Part shown: one piece after another, positions 61,266 through 64,000 of the stretch | Layout: every line of letters begins with the position of its first letter | Numbering within the stretch: the first letter of the stretch is position 1 | Assembly (NCBI GenBank): GCA_038087875.1 | Contig: CM075996.1 | Location: 9,860,001 to 9,924,000 of the forward strand | Source of the DNA: Malacoraja senta | Taxonomy: Eukaryota | DNA length: 64,000 nucleotides | Reading direction: 5' to 3' | Made by a program: the position numbers and the translations under genes | Notes under the pieces: generated by a model | The model's database searches: none | Told to the model about the DNA's origin: nothing | What the model saw: the letters and a program-made list of their open reading frames with translations, nothing else

Positions 61266-62676
61266 AAGAGTCCTGGACGGTTGCCCTCTCACACTAACCT
61301 TCCACATTAAGCAGCATGACCATCACTAAGCCCCTAGCCATTGACCCTAGCACGGGGTCACGATGGAGCAGATGAACTGTGGCTGCAAGAGCAGGTCATG
61401 GTTTGGTGTTCACCACTTGACAATAGTTACAAAGCACAAGCCAGGAGCATCAACCTTTCAGCTACCAGGATGAATTCAGCTTCAAAGACAATCAAAAACA
61501 ACTTTACACCATCAAGGAAAAAGCATTGCGTCTGCTTCACTGTTCCACTGTTGTCAGAGTGAGGACACACACAAACTGGCGGATCAGTGCCTTGGAACAG
61601 CAAAATTCCGCTTGGGCAGCCTGCAACCCAGGGGTATGACAATTGATTTCTCCAACTTCAAGTCACCCTTGCATCCCCTCTCTCTCTGTGTCCCTCCCCC
61701 ACTCCTGCTAGTGTCGCTGTTTGTATCTCTCCGTTATCACCCCTTCCACAGCCAACAATGGACCAAGTCAAGTCAAGTCAAGTCACTTTTATTTATTTAG
61801 CACATTTAAAAAACAACTCTCGTTGGCCAAAGTTCTTTACATTGGTAAATGTAAAGCATTTACCATTGTGGGCTCCTTGGCCATCGGTGATGGCTCTGAT
61901 TTGTTCTGTACCTTTTCGTACCCCAAGTTTCCCTGTCCCCTGACTCTCAGTCTGAAGAAGGGTCTCGACCCAAAACGTCATCTATTCCGTTTGTCCAGAG
62001 ATGTTGCCTGACCTGCTGAGTTACTCCAGCTTGTTGTGTCCAGCGCTTGATTCATACCCTATTCACTATCTAATATCTTCACTGCCCCTCCACCAGCTTA
62101 CAGTGGCTGCAGCGTCTGCTCTCTACAATACTCCCTGCATTTCCTTGCCTTGACCATTTCGATTGCACGCCTCATATCTGTGACCTCCAGAACCAAAAAG
62201 CAAAGGGCTTCAGGCACATGAAGACATCACTTGCTGAAAGTCTAATCAATATTCAAAATCCATGTCCTTTTACATCACAAGAAAACAGAAGTGGTCCTGG
62301 CCCTATATCACCGTTACATTGAGATCATAACGTCATTTTAAGTAGAATCAACAGCAAAGTCACAGCTGGAAGAGACTCACTAAGTCCTAAGATTCACGGT
62401 GTAAAAAGACTTCAATTTTATGCTTCATTGGAACTATCTGCTTATTAGGAACATTGAACACGTTGATAAACAGGAGAATCTTGTTGTTACCTCAAGAGCT
62501 GGAAAGGTTAGACATTAGATTTAGAAATTTTGGCGTCGGGATTCCATAAAAATATTAATCATCTGGGCTAGACAAAAATGCTGGAGGAACTCAGCGGGTG
62601 AGGCAGCAACTACGGAGCGAAGGAATAGGTGACGTTTCGGGTCGAGACCCTTCTTCCCTGACAATGGAAACATTTC

Positions 62677-63752
62677 CAAGATTCAAGATTCAAGATTCAA
62701 GAGATTCAAGAGAGTTTATTGTCATGTGTCCCAGATAGGACAATGAAATTCTTGCTTTGCTTCAGCACAACAGAACATAGTAGGCATGACTACAGAACAG
62801 ATCAGTGTGTCCATATACCATTATATAAATATATACACACATGAATAAATAAACTGATAAAGTGCAAATAAACAGATAATGGGCTATTCATGTTCAGAGT
62901 TTTGTTTGAGTTGAGTTTAATAGCCTGATGGCTGTGGGGAAGTAGCTATTCCTGAACCTGGACGTTGCAGTCTTCAGGCTCCTGTACCTTCTACCTGAAG
63001 GTAGCGGGGAGATGAGTGTGTGGCCAGGATGGTGTGGGTCCCTGATGATGCTGCCAGCCTTTTTGAGGCATCGACTGCGATAGATCCCCTCGATGGTAAG
63101 GAGGTCAGAGCCGATGATGGACTGGGCAGTGTTTACTACTTTTTGTAGTCTTTTCCACTCCTGGGCACTCAAGTTGCCGAACCAAGCCACGATGCAACCG
63201 GTCAGCATGCTCTCTACTGTGCACCTGTAGAAGTTAGAGAGAGTTCTCCTTGACATACCAACTCTCCGTAATCTTCTCAGGAAGTAGAGGTGCTGATGTA
63301 CGTTCTAGATAATTGCTCTCGGACCAGGAGAGATCTTCCGAGTGTTCTCGGACCAGGAGAGATCTTCAGAGATGTGCACGCCCAGGAATTTGAAGTTCTT
63401 GACCCTTTCCACCATCGACCCGTTGATATAAACGGGACTGTGGGACCCCATCCTACCCCTTCCAAAGTCCACAATCAGTTCCTTGGTTTTGTTGGTGTTG
63501 AGGGCCAGGTTATTGTGCTGGCACCATTTGGTCAGTCGGTCGATCTCTCTTCTATACTCTGACTCGTCCCCATCAGTGATACGTCCCACAACAGTGGTGT
63601 CGTCAGCGAACTTGATGATGGTGTTCGCACTATGACCGGCTACGCAGTCATGAGTATAGAGTGAGTACAGCGGGGGGCTGAGCACGCAGCCTTGAGGTGC
63701 TCCCGTGCTGATTGTTATCGAGGCGGACACATTTCCACCAATACGAACAGTC
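62677..63752 (-). mobile_element. Rex1/Babar LINE, 5'-truncated, with RT remnant
   Basis: STGAPQGCVLSP.LYSLYTHDC, KFADDTTVVG, KTKELIVDF, FKFLGVHI, LPSGRRYRSLK; (AATCTTG)n tail; small duplication at about 63316-63370 breaks the frame. Confidence 0.92.
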
Positions 63753-64000
63753 TGTATACAAAATGAATTTCTCTGTGCAGTTGCATCTGTAGCACATAAA
63801 GAAAGCATCATTGAACCTTTTCCTCTATGTTTGTCAGAGGTCTGCATCTTGGCTGGGCTCAGACATAAAGCAGGACCCGACGGCTGAGAGAACTGAAGGA
63901 GCTGTCAGACCCTAACAAATCCCTCAATGGAGATATATGGTGTCGCATTGTGAAACCACATCCTGCTATGCTTCTGTTCACCCTTGAATAGTGGCATGGT

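Overview
Eukaryotic, repeat-saturated intergenic or intronic DNA. It is most likely from an elasmobranch (skate/ray-like), inferred from about 28 HE1-type V-SINEs and shark-type CR1 LINEs. No host protein-coding exon could be recognised; the one clear host gene is tRNA-Arg(CCT) at 22087-22159. Mobile elements seen: a young 5'-truncated CR1 LINE with a 566-aa RT-containing ORF; a decayed DIRS tyrosine-recombinase retrotransposon (gag end, RT, RNase H, Dam-like methyltransferase, recombinase, ICR/ITR); two L1-clade insertions with clear target-site duplications (TSDs); Rex1/Babar, L2 and RTE-derived pieces; Penelope fragments; PIF/Harbinger-type and hAT-type MITEs. The most interesting layer is self-cleaving-ribozyme-like sequence in tiny non-autonomous retroelements. 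A 138-bp TSD-flanked element begins exactly with a 54-nt minimal HDV/CPEB3-like ribozyme fold (1275-1328, minus strand). More than 20 Penelope-type minimal hammerhead motifs occur, several in head-to-head palindromes, one with its own TSD. A bipartite RTE-derived element has a weaker HDV-like fold at its 5' end. All family names come from visual motif recognition, not database searches, and boundaries of old repeats are approximate.
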